Source: an uncultured Mailhella sp. (GTDB taxonomy: Bacteria > Desulfobacterota > Desulfovibrionia > Desulfovibrionales > Desulfovibrionaceae). Taken from it: a stretch of 64,000 nucleotides of DNA. Shown in pieces: positions 17,579 to 27,190 of this stretch (position 1 is the first letter of the stretch; every line of letters starts with the position of its first letter). The notes beneath the pieces are model-generated. The model searched no databases. It saw only the letters and a program-made list of their open reading frames with translations, and had not been told where the DNA came from. The stretch spans positions 1,551,137 to 1,615,136 of the forward strand of contig NZ_OZ007001.1 in assembly GCF_963931295.1 (NCBI RefSeq), given 5' to 3'. Position numbers and translations under genes: made by a program.

Positions 17579-19054
17579 ATGCTCATAGACAGCAAGAACT
17601 TCAGCGACGTCAGCATGAACGACGTGATGACGCCGGCCATGCGGGCCATATGGGATCATATGAGCATAGGCGTGGCCATCGTGGACGGCAAAGGCATCTG
17701 CGTGTACATGAACGAGATTCAGGCGCGCGTGGACGGCTTCACCACGTCCGGCGTGGTGGGCAAGCACATCACGGAACTGTACGTGCCCAACGGCATGGCC
17801 CGCATTCCCACCATGGAATGCCTGTACCGGGGCGAGCCGCTTCTGCGCAAGGCCTACTGGTACAAGACCATCAACAATTCCCTCTTCTCCTCCGTCACGG
17901 ACTTCTATCCGCTGTTCGATCACGGCATGAAGGACGGCGTGCTGGCCTTCACCATCTGGGTGGACAGCGCCCTGCTCACCGGCGAGGCAAAAATGAACAC
18001 CCGCGCGCCGGCCTCAGCCAGCGACAGCACAAGATACACCTTCGAGAGCATCATCGGGCACGATCCGGCCCTGCGCGGAGCCGTCAGCGACGCCAAAGTG
18101 GCCGCCAAGAGCCCGGTTCCGGTCATGATCTGGGGAGAGAACGGCACGGGCAAGGAACTGTTTGCGCAGGCGATTCATGCGGCAAGTCCGCGAAGAAATC
18201 ATCCGTTCATTGCGGTCAACTGCGCGGCCATTCCGGAAAATCTGCTGGAAGGCATACTGTTCGGCACCTCGAAGGGAGCCTACACCGACGCCGCGGACAA
18301 GCCCGGACTTTTTGAAAAGGCCGACGGCGGAACCCTGCTGCTCGACGAACTCAACTCCATGCCTCTGGGCCTTCAGGCCAAGCTGCTGCGCGTGCTTCAG
18401 GAAAAAAGAATACGCCGCCTCGGCGCCAGCTCGGAAAAGGACGTCGACGTCCGGGTCATCAGCATTCTGAACGAGCCCCCGCTCACGGCCGTGAGCCGCG
18501 GCATTCTGCGCAACGACCTTTATTACCGCCTCGCCGTGGTGGGCATTGCCGTGCCGCCGCTTCGGGAACGGTTGGAAGACATTCCGCTGCTCATCGCTTC
18601 GTTTCTTCAGCGCGCCGAAGACGCTCCCGCCGGCGTGCGCGTTTCCGACTCCGTCATGAAGCTGTTCTGGGGCTATTCCTGGCCGGGCAACATCCGCGAG
18701 CTTCTGCACGTCATCGAGGGCAGTCTGGCGCTGCTCGGAAGCCGCAACGTCATTACCGAAGACAGTCTGCCCCGGCAGTTCCGCGAATCCTGCCTCAGCA
18801 GACGCGCCGCCGAAGCCGCGCCTGCGGCCGTGCGGGAAGAGGACCTTCCCCTGCTGGACGACTACCGCAACGTGCGCCGCAACAGCGTGGTTCCTCTTAA
18901 AGAAAAGATCAACGCCTTTGAATCCCGCTGCATCCGCAACGTGCTGCGCGTGACCGGCGGCAACGTGTCCAAGGCCGCAAAAATCATGGAACTCACCGGC
19001 CCCGGACTGCGCTACAAAATGAAGCAGCTCGGCATCACCGAAGAGGATTATTGA
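17579..19054 (+). CDS. Sigma-54-dependent enhancer-binding protein (PAS-AAA+-Fis HTH; RocR-like architecture)
   Basis: GENGTGKELFA, GTSKGAYTDA (GAFTGA variant), LLLDELNSM, LRNDLYYRL, WPGNIREL, C-terminal HTH GNVSKAAKIM. Confidence 0.93.
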   Translation: MLIDSKNFSDVSMNDVMTPAMRAIWDHMSIGVAIVDGKGICVYMNEIQARVDGFTTSGVVGKHITELYVPNGMARIPTMECLYRGEPLLRKAYWYKTINNSLFSSVTDFYPLFDHGMKDGVLAFTIWVDSALLTGEAKMNTRAPASASDSTRYTFESIIGHDPALRGAVSDAKVAAKSPVPVMIWGENGTGKELFAQAIHAASPRRNHPFIAVNCAAIPENLLEGILFGTSKGAYTDAADKPGLFEKADGGTLLLDELNSMPLGLQAKLLRVLQEKRIRRLGASSEKDVDVRVISILNEPPLTAVSRGILRNDLYYRLAVVGIAVPPLRERLEDIPLLIASFLQRAEDAPAGVRVSDSVMKLFWGYSWPGNIRELLHVIEGSLALLGSRNVITEDSLPRQFRESCLSRRAAEAAPAAVREEDLPLLDDYRNVRRNSVVPLKEKINAFESRCIRNVLRVTGGNVSKAAKIMELTGPGLRYKMKQLGITEEDY

Positions 19055-19104
19055 CGAAACATACCGATATCACACAAAATTCACTCGTTTTTCCGACGAT
19101 TCCT

Positions 19105-19140
19105 AAAGGCCGCGCTCCGCAAAAAGTCCGCGGCCTTTTT
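19105..19140 (+). terminator. Terminator after sigma-54 activator
   Basis: AAAGGCCGCG / CGCGGCCTTTTT stem. Confidence 0.7.
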
Positions 19141-19602
19141 GCCGCTCCTGCCGCTGCGTTCAGGCATGACGCCGCCGCTTTTCGTTGCGAAAATCCCCTT
19201 CCGCGCCCTTGCCGCACAAAAGAATAGGGGCGGGCGACACTTCCCGCCGTGCCACGGCTGCGCAGAAAAACCGGGGCCTCGTCGTCCGACGGGCGGCCAG
19301 TCCGATTTCTGCGTCGGACGATGCGCCGCTCAAAAGACCCTGCGCATGTCTTTGCCCTCCGAAATGGCAGGAATTTTCATCCGCAGCGTCAGCATTGCAC
19401 CGACGCTCCGCAGGCGTGGAATTTCGCAGGCGTGCGCCGCGGCTGCGCGCCGAAAACGTCGTTTCGCGCGTCAGACCAGCTCCGCGTCGGCTGGATTCCG
19501 TCTTTCGATATGATATTTTTTGCACAAATTCAGCCGACTTTTCCGCTTCCATCCTCGCCTTTTGTCGCTTTTATTAATTATGATAGCTCTATTTTTCACA
19601 TA

Positions 19603-19620
19603 TTTCTTTCAAAAAAGAAA
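19603..19620. promoter_or_regulatory. Candidate upstream activator site (TTTCTTT-N4-AAAGAAA)
   Basis: Same arms and spacing as 17510-17527; about 125 bp upstream of the permease -24 element. Confidence 0.6.
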
Positions 19621-19735
19621 AAATTTTTTATTTTTTGATTATTTTCTTTTTTAAGATAATGATTTTTATTATCGGTTAAAAAAATTATCTTTTATTTTCA
19701 TGATATTATCTGTATAGTCTCTTTCATTATCGGTT

Positions 19736-19752
19736 TTGGCATGGTTCTTGCT
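19736..19752 (+). promoter_or_regulatory. Sigma-54 (-24/-12) promoter of APC permease
   Basis: TTGGCATGGTTCTTGCT, a near-consensus TGGCAC-N5-TTGC. Confidence 0.85.
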
Positions 19753-19911
19753 TCACGTGACCCATCTCACATTATCTCATTCAAACCCCTTCCCCAAAAG
19801 TTGTTTGCTTGTTGTCGGTCCGCAGTGCCCGAACCTCCCTTTTCGGAGATTCCCCGGGCGAACCTCGCCTGCTTCCGCAGGTTTCCCCTCTTCATTCAGC
19901 AGGAACTCACC

Positions 19912-21411
19912 ATGTCAGAAGCCAAACTTACGAAATCCTTGTCTCCCATGCAGGTTTGCGCGCTCGCGCTAGGTTCCATTGTCGGTTGGGGCTGCTTTGT
20001 TCTTCCCGGCGACATGTTTCTTCCTTCCGCAGGACCTCTCGGCACCCTGCTCGGCTTCCTTGCCGGCGCCATCCTCATTTCCTTTGTGGGTGTGTGCTAC
20101 AGCTACATGGTCAAATACGCCCCCGTGGCCGGCGGCGCATTCACGTATGCCTACATAGGCTTCGGCCCCACCGCCTCGTTCATCTGCGGCTGGGCGCTCG
20201 TCATCGGCTACATCGCCATCGTCATGATCGACATAGCCGCACTCTCGCTCATCTTCCGCTTCCTCTTCCCCGGCGTGTTCGAGTTCGGCGAACTCTACAC
20301 CATCGCAGGATGGAAGGTGTATGTCGGCGAAGTGCTGCTCATGACCGCCGGCACCATCGTCTTCGGCTGGCTCAACTACCGCAGCGTGGGCATGGCCGGC
20401 AAGCTCCAGCTCATCCTCGCCTTCATGCTCACCTTCGGCATCGTGGCCTTCTTCTTCGGCTCCGCCTCCCTGGATTCCGCCGGCATCAGCAACCTCGTGC
20501 CCCTCTTCGCGGAAAACAAGTCCCAGGCCGCCTGCATCATGAGCATCTTCGCCCTCTCGCCCTTCCTCTTCGTCGGCTTCGACACCGTGCCCCAGGCCTC
20601 GGAAGAGTTCGCCTTCGAGCCCAGCCGCTGCCGCAACATCATGGTCGTTTCCATCTTCGTGGGCATGATCCTCTACGCCATGGTCATGCTGGGCGTGGCC
20701 ATCGCCATCCCCTACCCTGAACTCCTCGCCAAGATGGAAGAAATGAGAGCTTCCGGCGGTCATGCCTGGGCGACCGGCTACGTGGCCACCCTCGCCTTCG
20801 GCAAACTCGGCTCCATCATTCTGGCCTGTGCCGTGTTCGGCGCCGTCTGCACCGGCATCAACGGCTTCTTCGTGGCCGCCAGCCGCCTGCTCCTCGCCAT
20901 GTCCAGAGGCCGCATCCTCCCCGAATGGTTCGGACGCATCCATCCCACCTACCATACCCCCTACAACGCCATTCTCTTCACCGCCGTTCTCGCGCTCCTC
21001 ACCCCCTTCGCCGGCCGCTCCGCCGTCGGCTGGACCGTGGACATGAGCTCCGTCGGCACCGGCATCGGCTACCTGTTCACCTGCCTCGTCGCCCGCCGCG
21101 CCATCCTCAACAGCGGCGAAACCCGCGGCAGAAGCATCGGCCTGTTCTGCTGCGTCATGGGCACCATCTGCTCCATCCTGACCCTCATCCTGCTCCTCAC
21201 TCCCGGCTCCCCCGCCTACATCTCCTTCGCACCGCGCTGCGTGCTCGCCGTGTGGGTCATCATGGGATTCGTGTTCTACTTCTCCAACAAGAAAGTCTGG
21301 AGCAATCTCTCCACTGAGGAAATTTCCAGGAACATTCTCGGCGGCACCGACATCCCCATCCTGTTCAACAAGAAAACCGCCCCCTGCACCATCGAACGCG
21401 AAAACGCCTGA
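19912..21411 (+). CDS. APC-family amino acid/polyamine permease
   Basis: ALGSIVGWGCF TM1 motif, PVAGGAFTY, FVGFDTVPQASEE, SRLLLAMSRGRILP..F; CAGGA RBS before ATG 19912. Confidence 0.92.
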   Translation: MSEAKLTKSLSPMQVCALALGSIVGWGCFVLPGDMFLPSAGPLGTLLGFLAGAILISFVGVCYSYMVKYAPVAGGAFTYAYIGFGPTASFICGWALVIGYIAIVMIDIAALSLIFRFLFPGVFEFGELYTIAGWKVYVGEVLLMTAGTIVFGWLNYRSVGMAGKLQLILAFMLTFGIVAFFFGSASLDSAGISNLVPLFAENKSQAACIMSIFALSPFLFVGFDTVPQASEEFAFEPSRCRNIMVVSIFVGMILYAMVMLGVAIAIPYPELLAKMEEMRASGGHAWATGYVATLAFGKLGSIILACAVFGAVCTGINGFFVAASRLLLAMSRGRILPEWFGRIHPTYHTPYNAILFTAVLALLTPFAGRSAVGWTVDMSSVGTGIGYLFTCLVARRAILNSGETRGRSIGLFCCVMGTICSILTLILLLTPGSPAYISFAPRCVLAVWVIMGFVFYFSNKKVWSNLSTEEISRNILGGTDIPILFNKKTAPCTIERENA

Positions 21412-21747
21412 AAACCGCGCTCATAACTGAAGGAACGGGCCACCGGCAAAACCGTCGGCGGCCCGTTCCTCTCCCTCCTGCGCGCCGGAGGCGTCCCCCC
21501 CCTGCCGCCTCCGGCGCCGCCCTGATTTCTTCGCCGCAGCAAGACGCGCCGACCCCCGGCAGCGCGTCTCGCCCCAAAAGGCCGACGCCCTTCCAAGACG
21601 GGCTCAGCGATCCTCCCCGCTCCGACGCGTCACCCTTCTGCGGACTCTCTTCTTCCCTTTCTGAGGCGCAGGTCTGCGCCATCCGGCCCAAAACTCTCCG
21701 AAGCGCTCCATTTCTCCCACCTCGTATCGTCATCAGAGGCTCGTTCC

Positions 21748-22479
21748 ATGGACACCACTTCGCTCATCGTTTTTCTCTGCTGGTTCGCGGGAGGCTTCGT
21801 CTCCGGCCTCACGGGCATAGGCGGAGCCATGGTCGCGGTTCCCGCGGCCGCCCTTGTTCTCCCCATGCACGTGGTCATTCCCCTCAGCTGCATCCTCAAC
21901 GCGGCCATGGACGGGAGTCTGGCCTGCATGCACTTCCGCCACTGCCGCGTCAAAGCCCTCTGGCCTCTGCTGGTGGGCGCGCTGCCCGGATCGTTCGCGG
22001 GACTCTACATTCTTCAGATGGTGTCCGACGCCGTGCTTCAGGGCGCGGTGGGCGTGCTGCTCGTGGTCTATGTGCTCTGGCAGCGCGTGGCCAGGGCCGG
22101 AAGCAGGAAGGAAGATTCCTGGATTCTCGGCGGCACGGCGGGCTTCGGCGCGGGACTTCTCGGCACGGCCATCTCCTTCGACGGCCCGCCCGCCGGAGCC
22201 TACGCGCTCTACCGCGGATGGTCGCCGCGCGAAGTGCTGGGCACGCTCGGCGTCTTCTTTCTCGTGCGCAGTCTGTTTACCTGTCTTCTTCAGGCTCAGG
22301 CCGGATTCTACACGCCGCAGGTTCTCGGCTACGCCATGTACGGCATACCCGCCTGCATGCTCGGCGCCGTGTGCGCCTTTCCGGTGGTAAAGCGCATCCG
22401 CGTGGAACTGTTCCGCCGCGCGCTCATGGCCGTGATCGCTGTTGCCGGCCTCGTCTGCCTGTGGCAGGCCCTGCGCTGA
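21748..22479 (+). CDS. TauE/SafE (sulfite exporter) family membrane protein
   Basis: AGGFVSGLTGIGGAMV and internal repeat GAGLLGTAISFDGPP; about 8 TM. Confidence 0.8.
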   Translation: MDTTSLIVFLCWFAGGFVSGLTGIGGAMVAVPAAALVLPMHVVIPLSCILNAAMDGSLACMHFRHCRVKALWPLLVGALPGSFAGLYILQMVSDAVLQGAVGVLLVVYVLWQRVARAGSRKEDSWILGGTAGFGAGLLGTAISFDGPPAGAYALYRGWSPREVLGTLGVFFLVRSLFTCLLQAQAGFYTPQVLGYAMYGIPACMLGAVCAFPVVKRIRVELFRRALMAVIAVAGLVCLWQALR

Positions 22480-22482
22480 CCG

Positions 22483-23391
22483 CTATTTTGCGGCGGCGTC
22501 GAGCAGCAGTCCGGCAGCGAGCAGCAGACTGAAAATAAGAATGTTGCGCGACGTGAGCCCGAGGCAGCGGTTGAGCGCCCGGCCTTCGTAAATGGAAACA
22601 ATGCGGCTCCACACCCGATAGTGCGGAACAAGGAAGAGCAGCGGCAAAAGTCCCGCCCAGAACAGACCATGCGGAATGAGACACAGCGCAAACGCGCAGG
22701 CGAATCCCCCCTGCGCCAGATAATACCGCAGGCCAAACTCCGCCCCGAAGCGCGCAATGAGCGTCTTCTTGCCGGAAACCTTGTCCTGATCGCGGTCGCG
22801 GAAGTTGTTGATGGTGAGCAGCAGATTGATGCACACGCCCACGGCAAGCCCGGCCAGCGTGGCCTGCGGAGACCATGCGCCGGCCTGCACGTAGTAGGTG
22901 AAGCCCACGGCCACCAGACCGAAGAACACCACCACGAGCACGTCGCCCCAGCCGTGCGCCGCAAGCGGATACGGCCCGGCGGAATACATGTAGGCGCACG
23001 CCAGGCACACCAGCGCCACGGCGGCCATGCTCCAGCCGCCGTACCAGACGAGCGGAAGTCCGGCGCAGAGCGCCAGCGCAAGATCAACGACAATGCCGAT
23101 CTTCATTCTTCGGGGCGATATCCAGCCCTGAGCGCAGGCGCGGCGCGGCCCGAGACGGTCGTCCCTGTCGTTGCCCTGCTCGAAGTCGCACACGTCGTTG
23201 ATGAAGTTCGACGCAATCTGCATGAGCACGGCAAAAAGCACACACAGAAAGGCCGGAACCGGACGAAAACAGCCCGCCCACACGGCAAGGGAACAGCCCA
23301 CGACCACCGGAGCGAGCGCCGCCGCCAGCGTTTTCGGCCGACAGGCCAGTACCCACGCGTACAGAGAATCCTTGCGAACTTCAGTTTCCAT
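22483..23391 (-). CDS. menA: 1,4-dihydroxy-2-naphthoate octaprenyltransferase
   Basis: RPKTL, QIASNFINDVCDFEQGNDRDDRLGP, YSAGPYPL, NNFRDRDQDKVSGKKTL. Confidence 0.9.
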   Translation of the reverse strand: METEVRKDSLYAWVLACRPKTLAAALAPVVVGCSLAVWAGCFRPVPAFLCVLFAVLMQIASNFINDVCDFEQGNDRDDRLGPRRACAQGWISPRRMKIGIVVDLALALCAGLPLVWYGGWSMAAVALVCLACAYMYSAGPYPLAAHGWGDVLVVVFFGLVAVGFTYYVQAGAWSPQATLAGLAVGVCINLLLTINNFRDRDQDKVSGKKTLIARFGAEFGLRYYLAQGGFACAFALCLIPHGLFWAGLLPLLFLVPHYRVWSRIVSIYEGRALNRCLGLTSRNILIFSLLLAAGLLLDAAAK

Positions 23392-23560
23392 TCCTTATGC
23401 TCCCGCGGCCTTGCCGCAAATGTCCGGCTTGACGCCCCTTCCCGGGCGAGGGCAGAATAGCGCATCTTACAGGCAAAGAAAAGAACACTCGCGCCGTGCG
23501 CGAACACGGCGTCTTTTTCCTGCACGCTCAGGCAACCTTCCGTTCGAGGGAGATCCTTCC

Positions 23561-24235
23561 ATGACGGCGACATCCAGCACTCCGGCAGCGCGCGGCAAGG
23601 GCCGCCCCCGCAATTTCGACAGGAACACGGCCCTTCTCAAGGCCCTCGAAGTCTTCTGGCAACGCGGCTACGGCCCGGCTTCCGTTTCCGAGCTGTGCTC
23701 GGCCATGGGCATCAACGCGCCCAGTCTCTACGCCGCGTTCGGAAACAAGTCCGCCCTGTTTCTGGAAGCCGTAACCTATTACGAGCAGCGCTACTGGGCC
23801 GCCCCTTCCCGCAGATTCATGGAGGAAAAGGACTTCTACCGGGCCGTGAACAACTTCTTCATCGAGGCCGCAGGCATTCTGCGCTCCCCCGACACCCCCT
23901 GCGGCTGCATGGTCGTGCTTGCGGCGGTCAACATTTCCGAAAGCGAGCAGAACGTCATACGCACGCTGCGTCAGATGCGCCTCGACACAAAAAACATGTT
24001 CGCCGAAAAAATCCGGCAGGCCGTGCTCGAAGGCCAGCTTCCCGAAGACACGCATGTCGAAGCGCTGGCCGGAGCCTTCAACACCTTTCTTGAAGGCATG
24101 TCCCTCCAGGCCAGGGACGGCCTGAACGCGGAAGAACTCAGCAACGCCGCCTCCTACGCCGTGCGCATGCTGCCCAAGTGGCATAAGCGGCTGAAACCCG
24201 CACCCACGCTCAAACAACTGCCTTCTCATTATTAA
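23561..24235 (+). CDS. TetR/AcrR family transcriptional regulator
   Basis: GRPRNFDRNTALLKALEVFWQRGYGPASVSELCSAMGINAPSLYAAFGNK HTH; PCGC motif in C-terminal domain. Confidence 0.92.
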   Translation: MTATSSTPAARGKGRPRNFDRNTALLKALEVFWQRGYGPASVSELCSAMGINAPSLYAAFGNKSALFLEAVTYYEQRYWAAPSRRFMEEKDFYRAVNNFFIEAAGILRSPDTPCGCMVVLAAVNISESEQNVIRTLRQMRLDTKNMFAEKIRQAVLEGQLPEDTHVEALAGAFNTFLEGMSLQARDGLNAEELSNAASYAVRMLPKWHKRLKPAPTLKQLPSHY

Positions 24236-24348
24236 AATAATAAATTACGAGCACTTATATATTTATATAACGTTCAATAAAAATATGTTGACTATTTTTA
24301 TATCGTTCGATACATATTTAGACACATCAACGCATGAGGAGATCTCGC

Positions 24349-24915
24349 ATGAGCAAGAACATTGTTATTCTCAACGGCAGCCCCAGAAAGCACGGCAACA
24401 CCGCAACCCTTTGCGACGCCTTCGTCGAGGGCGCCGAGGCCGCGGGAAACCATGTGACGAGATTTGACCTTCAGACCATGAACATACACGGCTGTCTCGG
24501 CTGCATGAAAGGCGGCAAGGATCCGCAGAGCCCCTGCGTGCAGAAGGACGACATGGCCCTCATCTACCCCGCCTACAGGGAAGCCGACGTCGTGGTGCTG
24601 GCCTCCCCCATGTACTACTGGGGCTTTTCCTCCCAGCTCAAGGCCGCCTTTGACCGCCTCTTCGCCGTGGCGGAACTCGACAGCGAATACCGCAACCCCA
24701 TCAAGAACTGCGTGCTGCTCATGGCGGCCGAAGGCAACACGCCCGAAAACGGCAAGCCTGTGCTCGACTACTATCACACCCTTCTTGAACAGCTCGGCTG
24801 GCACGACCTCGGCGACATTCTGGCCGGCGGCGTGCTCCAGCTCGGCGACATTCTCAAAAACGGCGGTCATGAAGCTCTGAAGCAGGCCAGGAAACTCGGC
24901 GCTTCGCTTTCCTGA
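24349..24915 (+). CDS. Flavodoxin-like NAD(P)H-dependent FMN reductase / iron-sulfur flavoprotein family
   Basis: [19 protein letters not shown]...[14 protein letters not shown]; GAGGAG RBS. Confidence 0.88.
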   Translation: MSKNIVILNGSPRKHGNTATLCDAFVEGAEAAGNHVTRFDLQTMNIHGCLGCMKGGKDPQSPCVQKDDMALIYPAYREADVVVLASPMYYWGFSSQLKAAFDRLFAVAELDSEYRNPIKNCVLLMAAEGNTPENGKPVLDYYHTLLEQLGWHDLGDILAGGVLQLGDILKNGGHEALKQARKLGASLS

Positions 24916-25035
24916 CGCAATCTTCGGCAAAGCCGCAGCGCCCCTTCCTCCCCGCTGCGGCCGAGCGCCCTTTTCGCCGTCGCGAATGTTCTTCGCGACG
25001 GCTTTTTTTGCTCATTTTCCCCGATCCGGCGGACT

Positions 25036-25053
25036 CCGACGCGCCTTCCAGAG
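25036..25053 (+). repeat. Dispersed intergenic 18-bp repeat CCGACGCGCCTTCCAGAG (copy 1)
   Basis: Identical 18-mer at 41084-41101; looser matches near 21582 and 51840. Confidence 0.55.
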
Positions 25054-25147
25054 CTGTCTCGCACCGCATTGCGCTTTTCCGGGCCCATGCGCATCCACGA
25101 AAACGCCCTCCCCCCCCCTTCCGGCAGGACGCCTCCCGCTTCGTCAA

Positions 25148-25176
25148 TTGACCTTCCCCCGCGACAAAGGTATTCT
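25148..25176 (+). promoter_or_regulatory. Sigma-70-type promoter upstream of glnS
   Basis: TTGACC-N17-TATTCT. Confidence 0.55.
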
Positions 25177-25288
25177 TTTCAGCCGTCAGTCATTCAGGAT
25201 ATGCGCCCCGCCGCGAGGCGAGGGCGCATCGCTCCACCGCTGTTTCGCGCGCCCTGAACGCGCAGCAGCCAAACGACATGAGGCCTCC

Positions 25289-26992
25289 ATGAGCCAGAAC
25301 ACCCCCGCCCCTGAAGCGGAACGTCCCCAGGGCGTCGATTTTCTCCGCGCCCGCATCAATCAGGATAATCTTACCGGCCGTTTCGGCGGACGCGTACACA
25401 CCCGCTTTCCTCCCGAACCCAACGGCTATCTGCATATCGGCCACGCCAAGTCCATCTGCATCAACTTCGGACTGGCCAAGGAATACGGCGGCCTGTGCAA
25501 CCTGCGCTTCGACGACACCAACCCCGTGAAGGAAGACACCGAATACGTCGATTCCATCCAGAAGGACGTGCAGTGGCTCGGATTCCAGTGGGCGGGCGAC
25601 GTCCACTACGCCTCGGACTACTTTGATCAGCTCTACGAATACGCCGAAAAGCTCATCATGATGGGCAAGGCCTACGTGGACGAACTTTCCGCCGACGAAA
25701 TCCGCGAATACCGCGGCACCCTCACCAGGCCCGGCACCCCCAGCCCGTGGCGCGACCGCCCCGCCGAGGAAAGCCTCGACCTGTTCCGCCGCATGAAGGC
25801 CGGCGAATTTGAAGACGGCAGATACGTGCTCCGCGCCAAGATCGACATGGCGTCTCCCAACGTCATCATGCGCGATCCCACCATCTACCGCATCCGTCAC
25901 GCCACCCATCACCGCACCGGCGACAAGTGGTGCATCTACCCGATGTACGACTTCACCCACTGCCTCTCCGATTCCATCGAAGGCATCACCCACTCCATCT
26001 GCACCCTGGAATTCGACAACAACCGCGAACTCTACGACTGGGTGCTCGACACGCTGGGCGTCTATCATTCCCAGCAGATCGAATTCGCCCGTCTGCAGCT
26101 CACCTACACCGTGCTCTCCAAGCGCAAGCTCATCCAGCTCGTGAAGGAACACTACGTGCGCGGCTGGGACGATCCCCGCATGCCCACCATCTCCGGTCTG
26201 CGCCGCCGCGGCTACACTCCCGAATCCATCCGCGACTTCTGCTCGCGCATCGGCATCGCCCGCAGCGCCGATTCCGTGGTTCACTACAGCCTGCTCGAAT
26301 TCTGCTGCCGCGAACATCTGAACGCCGTGGCTCCGCGCTGCATGGCCGTGCTCAATCCGCTCAAGGTGGTCATCACCGACTACCCCGAAGATCAGGTGGA
26401 GGAATTCGATCAGCCGCTGCATCCCGAAGACGCGTCCTTCGGCAGCCGCAAGGTTCCCTTCTGCCGCGAAATCTACATCGACCGCGACGACTTCCGCGAA
26501 GATCCGCCCAAGAAGTACTTCCGTCTCGCTCCCGGCGCGGAAGTGCGCCTGCGCTACGCCTACTACATCACCTGTCAGGAAGTCGTGAAGGACGCAGACG
26601 GCAACATCGTGGAACTGCACTGCACCCACGATCCTTCCTCCCGCGGCGGCTCCAGCCCCGACGGCCGCAAGGTCAAGGGCACGCTGCACTGGGTGAGCGC
26701 CCGTCACGCCGTTCCCACGGAAGTGCGCCTCTACGAGCAGATGTTCACCACCGAAAGCGACAGCGACATCGAAGAAGGCAAGACCTTCCTCGACTACTTC
26801 AACCCCGATTCCGAAAAGATCGTCACGGCCATGGCGGAACCCTATCTCGCCACGATGCCCGCAGGCAGCCACGTGCAGTTCGAGCGCGTGGGCTATTTCT
26901 GCGCCGATCCCGACGGCACGCCCGAACACCCCGTGTTCAACCGCACCGTGACGCTCAAGGACTCCTGGGCGAAGATAGAAAAGAAGCAGTAA
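25289..26992 (+). CDS. glnS: Glutamine--tRNA ligase
   Basis: [17 protein letters not shown] (HIGH), [31 protein letters not shown]. Confidence 0.97.
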   Translation: MSQNTPAPEAERPQGVDFLRARINQDNLTGRFGGRVHTRFPPEPNGYLHIGHAKSICINFGLAKEYGGLCNLRFDDTNPVKEDTEYVDSIQKDVQWLGFQWAGDVHYASDYFDQLYEYAEKLIMMGKAYVDELSADEIREYRGTLTRPGTPSPWRDRPAEESLDLFRRMKAGEFEDGRYVLRAKIDMASPNVIMRDPTIYRIRHATHHRTGDKWCIYPMYDFTHCLSDSIEGITHSICTLEFDNNRELYDWVLDTLGVYHSQQIEFARLQLTYTVLSKRKLIQLVKEHYVRGWDDPRMPTISGLRRRGYTPESIRDFCSRIGIARSADSVVHYSLLEFCCREHLNAVAPRCMAVLNPLKVVITDYPEDQVEEFDQPLHPEDASFGSRKVPFCREIYIDRDDFREDPPKKYFRLAPGAEVRLRYAYYITCQEVVKDADGNIVELHCTHDPSSRGGSSPDGRKVKGTLHWVSARHAVPTEVRLYEQMFTTESDSDIEEGKTFLDYFNPDSEKIVTAMAEPYLATMPAGSHVQFERVGYFCADPDGTPEHPVFNRTVTLKDSWAKIEKKQ

Positions 26993-27190
26993 TCGACGGG
27001 CCTTCTCCCGCGCCTTCCGGCTCCGCGCTCTGCGGAGCGAAACGCCCGGAGAAGGGCCCGGTTGCGCCCGGCCCGGGATCGCAGAACGCGTCCGGCCCGG
27101 GCACGTCACACCGCATACCTTCGCGCGAACGCGCGACAACGGGCGGGAGCTTCCCGCCCATGAAGACCGGACTCCTCAGAAGGAGGCAGC

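Noticed and set aside
25110-25118. C9 run upstream of glnS as a phase-variable element
   Set aside because: It lies upstream of the predicted -35 rather than in the promoter spacer, and glnS is an unlikely phase-variation target.
26993-27190. TPP riboswitch upstream of thiC
   Set aside because: No CUGAGA or other conserved TPP core found.
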